DNA of 64,000 bases from an uncultured Verrucomicrobiae bacterium (GTDB taxonomy: Bacteria > Verrucomicrobiota > Verrucomicrobiia > Limisphaerales > Palsa-1400), in contig CAVPOM010000012.1 in NCBI GenBank assembly GCA_963707025.1, positions 1-64,000 on the forward strand, in the 5' to 3' direction. The first letter of the stretch is position 1. Each line of letters starts with the position of its first letter. The notes under the pieces are model-generated. The model worked only from the letters and a program-made list of their open reading frames with translations. It searched no databases and was not told the origin of the DNA. This document shows, in pieces, positions 28,705 to 38,882 of the stretch. Both the position numbers and the translations under genes were made by a program.

Positions 28705-31700
28705 TCATTGGCTTCTTCCTTCGGCCAGCGCGCGATAGTATTCGGCCACCATTTCTTCATAGCCTTTGGGGACGCCGTCCTGGACGCCGACGCGCATTTG
28801 CTCGCGCACCCACGGCGGGAGCTTGTCCTGCTCGCGCCGCACGGTGACCTGGCTTTGCACGGTGTCCTTGGCGGCGCCCAGGGCGCTGACGGCCTGGCTG
28901 AAAGCGCGGCGCACGCCCAAGCCGTCATCCTTGCGGGCGGCTTGTTCGACGCGGTTCATGGCGTTGACGGAGGTTTCCAATTCGCCGCCGGAGAGGTGAT
29001 AGCGGCGCAATTGCAGCGCCAGCGCTTCGGCCTGCTGGCGAATTTTGGCCTGCTGATCGGCCAGCCGCGGCATTCTTTGGTCGGAGGACGGCGGGGCGGG
29101 GCCGCGCAAGCCCTCGCCGCCAAAGCCGGAGAGCTTGCCGCCGCCGGTGGCGCCGCCGGCCTCGTTTTTGGCGGTGTCCTTGACGCTGCCTTGTTCGAAA
29201 GGCTCCGGATCCAAACGGGTGGGCGTTTCGCGGCCGGCCTTGCCCTCGGCGGTGTCGCCCACCATCTGGCCATGACTGCGGCCGGTGCGGCCTTCGCCGG
29301 AGCGTCCGCCGACTTCATTCTGGTTGGGCAGAAGGTTGCCGGTGACGCCTTTGGCGCTCATGTCGGAAATAGGCCCGTCGCCCGCGCCCCAGCCGGCGCC
29401 TTTGTCGAGGTTGTCCATCCAGGAACTGGTGACGTCTTCGACGTCGGGCGTCATTTGCTCCTCCTTGTCGAGCAATTCGCCCACAATATCTTCCAGGTCC
29501 TTGGGCAATTCGGCCAGGGCGATGTCCGTCGGCGTCATCGGTTCCTCCATGTTCCACTTGATATTGTCGGGGGCGTCGGGCAGCCAGCGTTCGAGGTTGT
29601 TGACGAATTCCTTGGCGTCTTCCAGGCCCGATTGTTCGTGGGGCACAGCCAGCTCGACGTGCTTTTGGGTCAGGGCGTCGGCGGCCTCCTGCACTTCCTG
29701 GAAGACGGAGTTGGCGTCGTGCGCCATGGTGGAATCGGCGAAGTCCTGCTGGGGCAGTTTGCTGAAATCGGTGAGTTTCTCCTCCAGAAACTTGGCCCAC
29801 TTGTCCTCTTCGCGCGACAATTCGCCCAGAACGGCCTGGTCGGCCTGGGTCAAATCCTCGGGCGCCTTGTCCGCCAGGGTGCGGCTTTTTTCGAGAATGC
29901 GCTCCTGGTCGGCCACGAAATCCTTCATCTCATCCAGCCAGGCGCGCGCCTTGGCCTCGCCCGTGGCCGGGGGTTGATTGGAGTTCTTGCCGTCGGCGAC
30001 GGCGTTGAGCGGGGTGGTGCGCGCATCGGCAATCTGGCCCAACAAACCGATCAAACGGGTGAGAATCTGCCCCTGCCGCGTTTCCAGGCCGGTGAGCAGC
30101 CCGGGCAGTCCGCTCTGCGGGGCGGAATTGAGGAAACGCAGGTCGTCCTGGGCCGCGGCCATGTCGTGATTGACCAGGGCGGACAATGTTTCGGCGTAAG
30201 GCTTGCCTTCGGCTTGCTGGCTGAAGAGAGCGGCGGCTTCGGCGCCGATATTGCGCGCTTCGTTTTGTGGCGCGCTTAAGGCGGTGACCTGGCCGGCCAG
30301 GGTCTTTTTTTGGAGGACATCCTGGAGGTAGGTGTGGAGGTTGGCGGTGAGATGGTTGGCCTTTTCCTGGGACGCCACGGCGCGTTTGAGGGCCTCGAAA
30401 GCGAGCCGGAGCGGATCGTCGTCGCGCAAGGCGAGGTCATCCCCGGATTTCAGGCGCAAGACAATGGGCCGCGACCGCGCGGGCGAGCCGCCCGGGCGGA
30501 AATCATTGGCCAGGGCTTCCAGATAGTAGGAGGCGCCGGACTCGAACAGACCGGGGTCAATGAGCAGGGAGAAGGACTCGCGCAGAGGCCCCGGATTGCC
30601 GGGCGGACCCAGATAGGTCCAGCGTTTGAGCACGCGGCCCGGCTCTTCTTTCTCCATGGGCCGCGCCAGCACCGAAATGTCGGCGACGCCGAAATCATCG
30701 CTGGCCTGGAGGTCGAGTTGCAGGGTTTGTCCGAACTGCAAGAGGCGATTGCGGTCTTCGGTGACAAAATCAACTTCGGGCGGATTGTCCGGAATGATTT
30801 GGACGTTGCCGCGGGCGATGGCCAGGGACTTGCCCCCCAGTTGGTAGGCAGCCTGAATTTCGTAGGAGCCCGAGTTGGTGACGGCGGCCAGCGCCTTCCA
30901 GTGGGAACTGTTCCCGTCGAAGGCGAGCGAATTTCCGCCCAGGCTCCAAGTCACCGACTGCACCGGCGGCTGAATGGCGAAGGAGATTTCCACCTGGGAG
31001 CCCGCCAGGACGGCGAGCGGTGCGGGCGGGCCGGAGACGGTTTGCGGCTTCAACCCGGTGTAGGCGGGCGGCGTCACGCGGAAGACCGCATCCTGGAGGC
31101 GCGGCGCGGGCAATACTTTGACGGCGACGCTGCGCGTGAAAGTATCACCGGCGAAAACGCGAAAGGCGAAAGGCGTCTGGATGTTGGCAAAGGCGTGAAC
31201 AAACCTGCCCGGCGCGGGCGGTTGTCCCGCCGACGGCGCCAGCGGCTCCATCACGGCATGGTCGCCGCCACTTCGCGCCGGTTGAATAAAATCGGATTTT
31301 TCCCGCCAGGCAATCAAGGGCGGCGCAAGCGGGGCCGAGTTGGAAGTCTTTTCCAGGGCAACGCTGACTTCGAGGTTCTCCCCTTCCGCGACGGTGAGAT
31401 CCTGGTCCGGCGTGAGTTTGAGCACACAGTCGCCCGGGGGCGGGACATCGCTCAGCGGCAAGGCGTAGCGGGCGGCCGCGGCGCCAAACTGGCGGGGAAA
31501 GAAGGTGATGACCGCCGCCCAAATCAGCACCACGGCCAGGGCCGCGCCGCCCCAGGCGCGCAGCTTGGGCCAGTCCCAAAGTTCGCCGACGCGCAGGCCG
31601 CCGGTGATGTCCTCGGAAGCGGCCACCGTGCGCGCGGCGAAGGGCCACTCTTGCCGGCTGAGAGACTGGCGCTGGAACTGAACCGAGTTGATGAGGAGAT

Positions 31701-32019
31701 TGTCGCGGATGCCATAGCGGGCTTCGAGCATGAGGGCGGTGCGTTCGGGGGTCTGCCGGCGCCAGGCCACGCGCAGAACCTTTTGAAAGAACAAAATACC
31801 GCTGCACAAAGCCCCGCCCAGCGCCAGCGGCAGGCGCAAGCCGGCGGGCAGGCTGAACAAATCGTCAAATATAAACAACAGCAGCAACACGCCCAGACAG
31901 ACCGCCAGCCACCCGCACAGGCCCACCAGGAGGAGCGACCATTTCAGCCGCGCCCCGGCGGCGCGCATCGTGCCGGTCAAGTTGGTCTGCTTCGGGCGCA
32001 TCGGTTGGATGGGGTTCAT
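28705..32019 (-). CDS. Large membrane-anchored Ig-like/coiled-coil protein (DUF4175-like) of the MoxR-vWA cluster
   Basis: N-terminal TM segments, PPAYTG, DNPPEV, ASDDFGV, Gly-rich region, VPKGYEEMVAEYYRALA C-terminus. Confidence 0.8.
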   Translation of the reverse strand: MNPIQPMRPKQTNLTGTMRAAGARLKWSLLLVGLCGWLAVCLGVLLLLFIFDDLFSLPAGLRLPLALGGALCSGILFFQKVLRVAWRRQTPERTALMLEARYGIRDNLLINSVQFQRQSLSRQEWPFAARTVAASEDITGGLRVGELWDWPKLRAWGGAALAVVLIWAAVITFFPRQFGAAAARYALPLSDVPPPGDCVLKLTPDQDLTVAEGENLEVSVALEKTSNSAPLAPPLIAWREKSDFIQPARSGGDHAVMEPLAPSAGQPPAPGRFVHAFANIQTPFAFRVFAGDTFTRSVAVKVLPAPRLQDAVFRVTPPAYTGLKPQTVSGPPAPLAVLAGSQVEISFAIQPPVQSVTWSLGGNSLAFDGNSSHWKALAAVTNSGSYEIQAAYQLGGKSLAIARGNVQIIPDNPPEVDFVTEDRNRLLQFGQTLQLDLQASDDFGVADISVLARPMEKEEPGRVLKRWTYLGPPGNPGPLRESFSLLIDPGLFESGASYYLEALANDFRPGGSPARSRPIVLRLKSGDDLALRDDDPLRLAFEALKRAVASQEKANHLTANLHTYLQDVLQKKTLAGQVTALSAPQNEARNIGAEAAALFSQQAEGKPYAETLSALVNHDMAAAQDDLRFLNSAPQSGLPGLLTGLETRQGQILTRLIGLLGQIADARTTPLNAVADGKNSNQPPATGEAKARAWLDEMKDFVADQERILEKSRTLADKAPEDLTQADQAVLGELSREEDKWAKFLEEKLTDFSKLPQQDFADSTMAHDANSVFQEVQEAADALTQKHVELAVPHEQSGLEDAKEFVNNLERWLPDAPDNIKWNMEEPMTPTDIALAELPKDLEDIVGELLDKEEQMTPDVEDVTSSWMDNLDKGAGWGAGDGPISDMSAKGVTGNLLPNQNEVGGRSGEGRTGRSHGQMVGDTAEGKAGRETPTRLDPEPFEQGSVKDTAKNEAGGATGGGKLSGFGGEGLRGPAPPSSDQRMPRLADQQAKIRQQAEALALQLRRYHLSGGELETSVNAMNRVEQAARKDDGLGVRRAFSQAVSALGAAKDTVQSQVTVRREQDKLPPWVREQMRVGVQDGVPKGYEEMVAEYYRALAEGRSQ

Positions 32020-33107
32020 TCCCCCACGGTCCAGGTCTCTCCATCCCTGTGAATATGCCACAGCTTGTCGGACAATTCCACCGCCGGGGCGGCTTCATCT
32101 TTCGCGTCAATGCCCCGGAACAGCCAGCCTTGCCCGGCCAGCATCAGCCGGTCGCTGCCCTCTTCGGTTTTCCAGCGGTAAATTTCCAGACGCCACGGCT
32201 GGCTGCGGGTTTCGGCCAGCGTCGTCCGGCCTTTGCGCACGGCCAGCAGCAGCGAATAGATTTCGACGGCGGCCGGGTCGCGCACCACGCCGAGCAGGCG
32301 GCGCTCATCGAAGAAATCCTCGGATTTGGGCAGGGCCTTTTGCACCTGGGCCAGGGTTTTTTCATCTTTTTGCGCCGGCCAGGCGGCCACAATTTTTCCA
32401 CCGGTCTTGATCGCCAGGAAGAATTCCTTGCCCCACGGCGAGGGCATTTTGAATTCGCCCGCCGGACCCGCCGGCGTCGCCGCCAACCGCACCAGCGCGC
32501 CGCGGGTCAGCGCGGCGATTTCGGAGCCGGGCGCCAACGCCGGCCCTTTGAAAAGCAACGTGGCCGTGGCCGTGCCGGCCACGGTTGGGCCTGCGAAGGA
32601 AATGCGGGTGGGATAGACGAGGGACTGCAAGGATTTGCCATCCTCGCCGCGTTGTTTGGAAAGCAGCACCACTTTTTGCGCCGTCTCCCCGCCCTCGATG
32701 TAGAGGACGGTCGAGTAAAGATGGCCGGTGAACGATTCACCGCCGGCGAGCAGGACGGTCGCCTGGAGAAAGCGAACCGGATACGGCTCGCCGAAGAATT
32801 CCTTGGCGGTCTGGCCCGCCGCTTTGAAGCGCCAGTTGCGATCCATCTCTTCCTTCTCGGGAGAAAGCCGGATTTCGCGCACGCGGTCCAGGTCCAGGAC
32901 GCGGATTTGCGGGCCGGATTCAATCCTCAACGCGCCGCCGGCTGTCAACGAAATTTTACCGTCAACCAGGCTGCCGTCGGAGAATTCCACGCGCCCGTCG
33001 CGCGCCTCCTGCGCGCCCGGTGCGGCCCAAGCGGCCCAGGCGAGGAGCGCGGTGGCCAGCACCCGGCTTTTTAATATTTTGGCTGGTTTGTCTTTCGTGA
33101 GCTTCAT
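32016..33107 (-). CDS. Exported hypothetical protein
   Basis: Signal-like N-terminus; ATGA coupling to the downstream gene. Confidence 0.7.
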   Translation of the reverse strand: MKLTKDKPAKILKSRVLATALLAWAAWAAPGAQEARDGRVEFSDGSLVDGKISLTAGGALRIESGPQIRVLDLDRVREIRLSPEKEEMDRNWRFKAAGQTAKEFFGEPYPVRFLQATVLLAGGESFTGHLYSTVLYIEGGETAQKVVLLSKQRGEDGKSLQSLVYPTRISFAGPTVAGTATATLLFKGPALAPGSEIAALTRGALVRLAATPAGPAGEFKMPSPWGKEFFLAIKTGGKIVAAWPAQKDEKTLAQVQKALPKSEDFFDERRLLGVVRDPAAVEIYSLLLAVRKGRTTLAETRSQPWRLEIYRWKTEEGSDRLMLAGQGWLFRGIDAKDEAAPAVELSDKLWHIHRDGETWTVGE

Positions 33108-33250
33108 CGTTTCCAAGCGGCCGTTGAGCGCGAGATCCTTGTTTTCCATTCGCTTCAGTCTAATTTCGCCGGCCGAATTACAATTGGCTTGTAACTTCGC
33201 GACGTCTTTTACATCGGAGGCAAAGGTAAGCATAATTCAGCAAGTTGAGT

Positions 33251-33976
33251 TTAAATTGCTCCGTGCTTCCTCATGAAGTCCTGAAGCGGCGGATAGGGAA
33301 TCCGTTTCAACTTTCCGAAATTTGTATCCTTCTCGAAATCCCCGGTGGTCAGCCTCTTTCCCGAGGCGAACCTGCTCATGCTGGTTTTCTTAACGACCTT
33401 CGGGATATCGCCAATCCAACGTCCACCTGCGCTGGCCAAACGTGCGTCGCGCGCACGGACGCACTCGACCATCGAGAACACGCCAATGTCAATGATGTAA
33501 GGAGAACAATCCCCGGCTTCGTCCTCTTTGAGTTGAGCTGCTGCCAGCAAAAGCGCATCGTTCGCTGGGTGAATCACGTCCATCGTGACGTTCTCTTTGA
33601 GACGCGCGCTAGGCTCGCGGGCTGTTGGAGGGCGCTTCATCGGCAAAGAGGGATTGTCAACGAACAGTCCCTTCAACTCCACCCGTTTGCCTGAAGCGTG
33701 GACATAATCTGGATATCCTTCCCGTTGGCCGATTGTGCCCGGGACTTTTGAAAGTCCGATACCTCGAAGCCGCCTTGCGTTTTCCTCATCGGTCGCCAAG
33801 TACTCAATCTGCGGAAGAATTGCGTCCAGTAAGGTGTTCACGATGACTGCTATTTGGCTCGGCTCGAAGCCTGGAAGAGCTTGGTTTGGGATGGAGAGCC
33901 AGTTGATTTTCAGGCCGACGAGCGGCTGGAATACTTGTCTTAGGACTTCCAGTTCAAGAGGGGTGATGTCCGCCAT
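33251..33976 (-). CDS. Putative PD-(D/E)XK restriction endonuclease
   Basis: GYPDY...RVELKG motif; directly downstream of M and S genes. Confidence 0.6.
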   Translation of the reverse strand: MADITPLELEVLRQVFQPLVGLKINWLSIPNQALPGFEPSQIAVIVNTLLDAILPQIEYLATDEENARRLRGIGLSKVPGTIGQREGYPDYVHASGKRVELKGLFVDNPSLPMKRPPTAREPSARLKENVTMDVIHPANDALLLAAAQLKEDEAGDCSPYIIDIGVFSMVECVRARDARLASAGGRWIGDIPKVVKKTSMSRFASGKRLTTGDFEKDTNFGKLKRIPYPPLQDFMRKHGAI

Positions 33977-33979
33977 GAA

Positions 33980-34624
33980 TTACCTTATCGTCGAATTAAG
34001 AAGCTGCTCGGCATCCACGAAATCCCGCCAAGCGCGTTCCGCATAACCACAGAAAAACCGATGGATTTTTTCACGGACTGATTTAAGCGGCACCTCCACA
34101 GGTGTGCGAAGCAGAAGTTCGCGATCCAATCTCGGACGCGTCCCACCAGAACCGATCGGCAGGCTTTGAAGGAATCTCGGCGATTGCAAAAAAGCCCACC
34201 AAAAGTATGTCAGACCGTCCTTTGGAATGATGTGAACAAACTCCGACTTCACCGGAAAAAAGAGGGGTGATGCTTCCCCAAGCCACGCTGCCTTCGGCGT
34301 GACTAGCGCATTGCCCAAGTAGGCTCGCATGGTTCCAAACAATAAGCAGCCCTCGCCGCTGACAGGGATTCGCTCAACTGGGATTCCGGCCGCAACCTCA
34401 AGTGTGAACACCGGAATCGTGCCCCGGTGAATATGCCGATATTCAATTGATAAGTATTTGAGCGCCGCTGTTCGAGGCAGACGGCCCTGGACCTTGTGAA
34501 CGGAGGCGAAATGTTCCAGGGTCTCGTTCTGCGTCTCTTCGCGGTAGGCATACGGATTCCAAACACCAGGCCGCAAGGCATGTGCCTCTACCACCGACAA
34601 AAAAAATGTGCCGTTTTTCTTCAA
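33980..34624 (-). CDS. Single-TRD specificity (HsdS-like) subunit
   Basis: LLFGTMRAYLGN, SEFVHI, GSGGTRPRL...LLRTPVEVP. Confidence 0.7.
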   Translation of the reverse strand: MKKNGTFFLSVVEAHALRPGVWNPYAYREETQNETLEHFASVHKVQGRLPRTAALKYLSIEYRHIHRGTIPVFTLEVAAGIPVERIPVSGEGCLLFGTMRAYLGNALVTPKAAWLGEASPLFFPVKSEFVHIIPKDGLTYFWWAFLQSPRFLQSLPIGSGGTRPRLDRELLLRTPVEVPLKSVREKIHRFFCGYAERAWRDFVDAEQLLNSTIR

Positions 34625-34631
34625 GTGGTGG

Positions 34632-35900
34632 TCAAGCCGGTGCGTTGTTGCATTCCAAGACGCGTGGGTCGCCCGCGATTAAATCCAAGGAGTTTTCGCC
34701 AAAATAAGTCGTGCGAGAATTCAGGGGGAAGCCTACCGTCGGCGCATTGGCAAAAAACGTCTTTTGAGTTTGCTGGTGGCGTGCTGTTTTCTTCCGCAGA
34801 TGAACAATGTCCGCGCGCGTTGTTGTATTCCCAGTGAGGTAGAAAACACCTTCCGGCAGCGTGACGATACCGCAAAGCTCCCAATGCCGTTCCACGCAGC
34901 GCCGTAATTGGTCAAACTCCGAATTGACCACCAACGAATGCGGCAGCAGGCATGCCAAGCGGCCGCCGGGGGCGAGCAGGTCCAAGCAGACATCCAAAAA
35001 AAGCGCATCGCTGGTGCGGTAGCCGAGTCCGAATAGCTCACCCGGCATCGCAACCTTCTGGAGCGGGAGAGAGAATGGAGGATTTGCCAGTATTCCACTA
35101 ACCCTGCCGCGAAGATTTCGCAATTCGGCATCCACGTCGTAGAGATTAAAGCACGAGAATGCTAATTCGTGATGAGGTGGCGCGGAAAGCGCCAAAACCA
35201 ACTCCGTCAATCCAACCAGCATTCGGTCAACATCGTTGCCCACCAACTGGCACGGCGTGTCACCCCAACGATGGGACGCCTCACAAAGAAACGTGCCGCC
35301 GCCACAAGTCAGATCTGCCACAATCGCCCCTGCATGAATCGGAAGAAACCTAGCCATGGCCACAGCGATGGTTCGTGGCGTGAAAAACTTCCCCGAACCT
35401 TCCCTAAAACGACGTCCCAAAAAGAACTGGTACCATGTCGGCAATTCGCGCCCTTTGGGGTCCCCCGCCACAACTCCGTCCAGGATCGAAAGAACCTGTT
35501 TGTCGTGTGCCACGATATTCAAACCGGCAATTCCTCGCTCGACAGGGAAGAAGGAAAAGTCGCGGCGTGCTGCTTTCTGCGTATCCAAATAACGGGAAGC
35601 TAGGACAAGAAAGGCATCTTCCCCTTCAATACCGTATCTTCTGAGAGCGTTGTGCAACGCAACCGATGTGGAAGTCCCGACGGACGGGTCACTTGTCTGG
35701 TTCACTCCATCAAATCCATTCAATTGGGCTTGCACGGATCGAATCGGCATTCCATAGGAAGCACCCTCTTCCTTCAGTTTTGCGACACGGTGTTTGCGAA
35801 TCGTATATCTAATCGCAGGCTTGTGATTTTCGGTTGCGCGCTTCGATGTCATGGCCTTCGTCGAGTTTATGATTTCAGCCATATTCTTGGACCTTGGCAC
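34632..35900 (-). CDS. N6-adenine DNA methyltransferase (HsdM/N6_Mtase-like)
   Basis: GKFFTPR, DLTCGGGTFL (motif I), ILANPPF (motif IV), LPEGVF. Confidence 0.9.
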   Translation of the reverse strand: MPRSKNMAEIINSTKAMTSKRATENHKPAIRYTIRKHRVAKLKEEGASYGMPIRSVQAQLNGFDGVNQTSDPSVGTSTSVALHNALRRYGIEGEDAFLVLASRYLDTQKAARRDFSFFPVERGIAGLNIVAHDKQVLSILDGVVAGDPKGRELPTWYQFFLGRRFREGSGKFFTPRTIAVAMARFLPIHAGAIVADLTCGGGTFLCEASHRWGDTPCQLVGNDVDRMLVGLTELVLALSAPPHHELAFSCFNLYDVDAELRNLRGRVSGILANPPFSLPLQKVAMPGELFGLGYRTSDALFLDVCLDLLAPGGRLACLLPHSLVVNSEFDQLRRCVERHWELCGIVTLPEGVFYLTGNTTTRADIVHLRKKTARHQQTQKTFFANAPTVGFPLNSRTTYFGENSLDLIAGDPRVLECNNAPA

Positions 35901-36018
35901 ACGAAGTTACGAGCTTTTTTTTACATTCCATTCCGGGCTCTCGCTGAAATCGCCGCGGGTAAAGACGCGGCAAGTTCGCGTGGGTTTAAGGGTCAGGCTC
36001 GGCATGGAGTTGTATTAT

Positions 36019-38217
36019 TCAGAACAGGTTGACTTTGCGGCGCAGCGTCCATTCCAACACCAGGACCGCCAGGAAGACAAGAACAAACCAGGGGCCGGCC
36101 TCGACCAGGGAGGATTCCTCGACCGCAATCTTGCGCAGAGGACGGCTGGCGATCCGCTCCAGGAATTGTCCCGCGTCGCCTTCGCGGAAATAAACGCCGC
36201 CGCCGAGGGCGGCGACGCGTTTGAGGAAAACTTCGTCCAACTCCAGGCGCGATCCTTCCTCCACCCGCGGCGCAATGGGAAAGGTTTTTTCGTAGGCCTC
36301 CAGAACCCGGTCGCCCTGATAGGCGACCAGGCGAAAATCATAATCGCCCCGGTCGCGAAAGCGCGCTTTGACTTGAAAGGTTTGCGGCTGCCCTGGCAGC
36401 GGAGCCACCTCGACCGCCGTGCTTTGGTTGCTTCTTGACAGGGAGGCCGTGAAGCGCAACACCCCCGCCCCGGCGCCGAGCACCCGAATCTCGCCGGCCG
36501 CCTGATCGCCGGGCCGGTAAAAGTCCTTGTCCCAGCGCACGGCCAGGTTCTGCCCGCCTTCGGTTTTGCCGGTGAGATTGCGCACGGCCTGCCGCCAGAA
36601 AAGCCCGTAGGCCGAGCGGATGGGTTCGGGCTGCAAAGCCCATTTCCACAAGGTGTCGGTCGCGATGCCCATGACTTTGCCCTTGCCAAAGGGCTGCAAG
36701 GCGACCGCCGCCACGCCGCGGTCGCCCAATTGCGCCGTGAGCAGGGCCGTGGCGTTGGGCTTGAGTTCGCCCACCCGGTTCAGGCTGTCCAGGCGGACTG
36801 CGGCTCGCGTCACCGTGTCTTCGACCGTCGCCAGGATGGGGTGGCCCGTGGCCATCGGCGGCACGCGCACGGCGAAGGAGCCTTGCGCCGGCGGCGGTTC
36901 TTGCGACGAAAGCCGCCAGGGAAAGAGAACCTCCAGCGGGCTGCCCGCATAACCGCCCCGGCCGAAGGATTCGTCGCCGCCCAGGAAAATCAGCGTCCCG
37001 CCCTCCTCGACAAATTGAATCAGGGCCTGCATCTGCCGCGGCGTGGCTTGCTGGGCGGGAAAGGAACCGATGACGATCACGTCGTAGGGCTTGAGTCCGT
37101 CTTTGCTCGCCGGCAGCCCCGCCGCCAGGGCGTCATCGCCGGACACGCGGTCGCCTTGCAGCGTGAAGCGCGAGCCGGCGCTGCGGAACAAGGCGGTGAA
37201 AGACAGGCCGGGATCGCGCCCCAACTCGTTGCGCAACATTTTGAATTCCTGCCCCAACTCGAGCGTGAAATAGAGCACATGCAGCGCCTTCTTTTGCACG
37301 TTCACGGCCACCGTGCGCGAGTTGTTGAGCGTGGATAGCTCGCCGCTGGCCGGCTGGATCGTCACCCGGTAGCGCTGCACGCCCAGTTGGCTGCTCCGGG
37401 CGGACAGGCGCAGATGGGCGCTCAAATTCGACAGGTCCACGTTGGTATCGCTGACTTTTTCCCAACTGGCGCCGGCCGCGTGCTCCAATAAAACACGGGT
37501 GTGCGCCGCGGCCTGGTTGAAACCGGCGCCATGTCCGGTGCGGGCCAGGAGGTCTGCGCTGATTTCAAAATCCGTGTCTTTCTCGGCCGTCGCCGGCGCC
37601 TGCACATCGGTGATGGCCAAGTCGTTCCACGTCGCCGGGTCCGTTCCCATGCCCACGATGGAAAGAGGGATTTTCGGCAGCGTCAGGTCTTCGATGGCTT
37701 CATCTCCGCCGTCGGTGAGCAGGACGACGCCGAGATAAGAGGCCAAATCGCCGCGTTCGGAAAGCCCCAGCAAACAACCGCCCAGATCGGTGCCGCGAAT
37801 CGTTGCCGCCGGGGCCTGGCCCGGATTGTGGATCGTGGTGTCGAAGGCCAATTCATCGAGCGTGACGCCGGCGGGGAGCGATTTTTTCCATTGCTCGACA
37901 ATGGCCCGGGCACGGGCCGCGCGCGACTGGCGGTAATCGTCCGCCACATCCATCGAAGAAGAAGAATCCAAGAGCGCCAGCAGCCTGCCTTTGGCCGGCT
38001 CGGATTTCTGGAGCCTGGAAACCGGGTCGAAGAGCGCCAGCAACAGCAGCAGCAAGGTGATCCACTTGGGCAGCGCCAGCCAGCGCGCGGCCAGGGGGAC
38101 CCGCCGGCGCAGACGCCCCCACAGCAGCCATCCCCACGCCGCCAGGGCCAGGAGGAGCGCCGCGCACCAGAACGGCGCCAGTCGCGGATGCCATTGGATG
38201 GCGGCCAGCAAGATCAC
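36019..38217 (-). CDS. Membrane vWA + glutamine-amidotransferase-like domain protein
   Basis: LLDSSSSMD MIDAS, LLTDG, FVEEGGTLIFLGG..SFGRGGY, FGKGKV, LEWTLRRK. Confidence 0.85.
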   Translation of the reverse strand: MILLAAIQWHPRLAPFWCAALLLALAAWGWLLWGRLRRRVPLAARWLALPKWITLLLLLLALFDPVSRLQKSEPAKGRLLALLDSSSSMDVADDYRQSRAARARAIVEQWKKSLPAGVTLDELAFDTTIHNPGQAPAATIRGTDLGGCLLGLSERGDLASYLGVVLLTDGGDEAIEDLTLPKIPLSIVGMGTDPATWNDLAITDVQAPATAEKDTDFEISADLLARTGHGAGFNQAAAHTRVLLEHAAGASWEKVSDTNVDLSNLSAHLRLSARSSQLGVQRYRVTIQPASGELSTLNNSRTVAVNVQKKALHVLYFTLELGQEFKMLRNELGRDPGLSFTALFRSAGSRFTLQGDRVSGDDALAAGLPASKDGLKPYDVIVIGSFPAQQATPRQMQALIQFVEEGGTLIFLGGDESFGRGGYAGSPLEVLFPWRLSSQEPPPAQGSFAVRVPPMATGHPILATVEDTVTRAAVRLDSLNRVGELKPNATALLTAQLGDRGVAAVALQPFGKGKVMGIATDTLWKWALQPEPIRSAYGLFWRQAVRNLTGKTEGGQNLAVRWDKDFYRPGDQAAGEIRVLGAGAGVLRFTASLSRSNQSTAVEVAPLPGQPQTFQVKARFRDRGDYDFRLVAYQGDRVLEAYEKTFPIAPRVEEGSRLELDEVFLKRVAALGGGVYFREGDAGQFLERIASRPLRKIAVEESSLVEAGPWFVLVFLAVLVLEWTLRRKVNLF

Positions 38218-38238
38218 TCGCCAGTATGTAGGTTGCTT

Positions 38239-38514
38239 CTATCCCTTGTAAAGGTCATGCGTGCCAATGGACACGGACCAGACGTTTTCGCCCTCAAGGT
38301 AGAATGTCGCCCGCAAATCGCCCGCGATGTCCACCGCGTAGATGGTGCGGCCATATACAGCGGAGAGCCTATGAATCTTGTGCGTCCGCAAGCGCGGATC
38401 GAATGGGTTGGCTTTGAAAATCGGGAACGCCAGCCGCGCTGCCCGCTGCTGGACTTCTGAGAGCCGGCTCCAACTGCGCCAAAAGGACTTTGCGGCGCGA
38501 AAGCGATAGTTCAT
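38239..38514 (-). CDS. RelE/ParE-superfamily toxin
   Basis: FKANPFDPRLRTHKI...IGTHDLY. Confidence 0.75.
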   Translation of the reverse strand: MNYRFRAAKSFWRSWSRLSEVQQRAARLAFPIFKANPFDPRLRTHKIHRLSAVYGRTIYAVDIAGDLRATFYLEGENVWSVSIGTHDLYKG

Positions 38515-38705
38515 TGGCCGCCCGGATACGGCTCATTCAACGCGGTGTCTAAATCCACCACGCGGCTGGCGGCGATGTCAGCCATGCCTTGCTTGAACTC
38601 TTCTGGAATCCAGGAATCATCGGATTCGACTACGAATTTAGTTACCTGCGCCCGTTCGTCTGATGGCAGGGCTTTAATCTGCTCAATAATCTCCTGTGCG
38701 CTCAT
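38511..38705 (-). CDS. Putative antitoxin
   Basis: MSAQEIIEQIKALPSDER...; ATGA overlap with the toxin. Confidence 0.7.
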   Translation of the reverse strand: MSAQEIIEQIKALPSDERAQVTKFVVESDDSWIPEEFKQGMADIAASRVVDLDTALNEPYPGGQ

Positions 38706-38882
38706 GTTTCCAATCTTCCACAAATGTTCCCGTCCAGCAAGTTGCAATCACAACTCCTGCACCAGATCGAAAAGAACATTCGTGTCAACGGCTAGATGAG
38801 AGAGCGGAGTAGTGACTCGGGAAACGCCTCCACGCGGCAAACCCCATGTTCTTGAATCCACCGAAGATTCCCAGGCGCGAAA

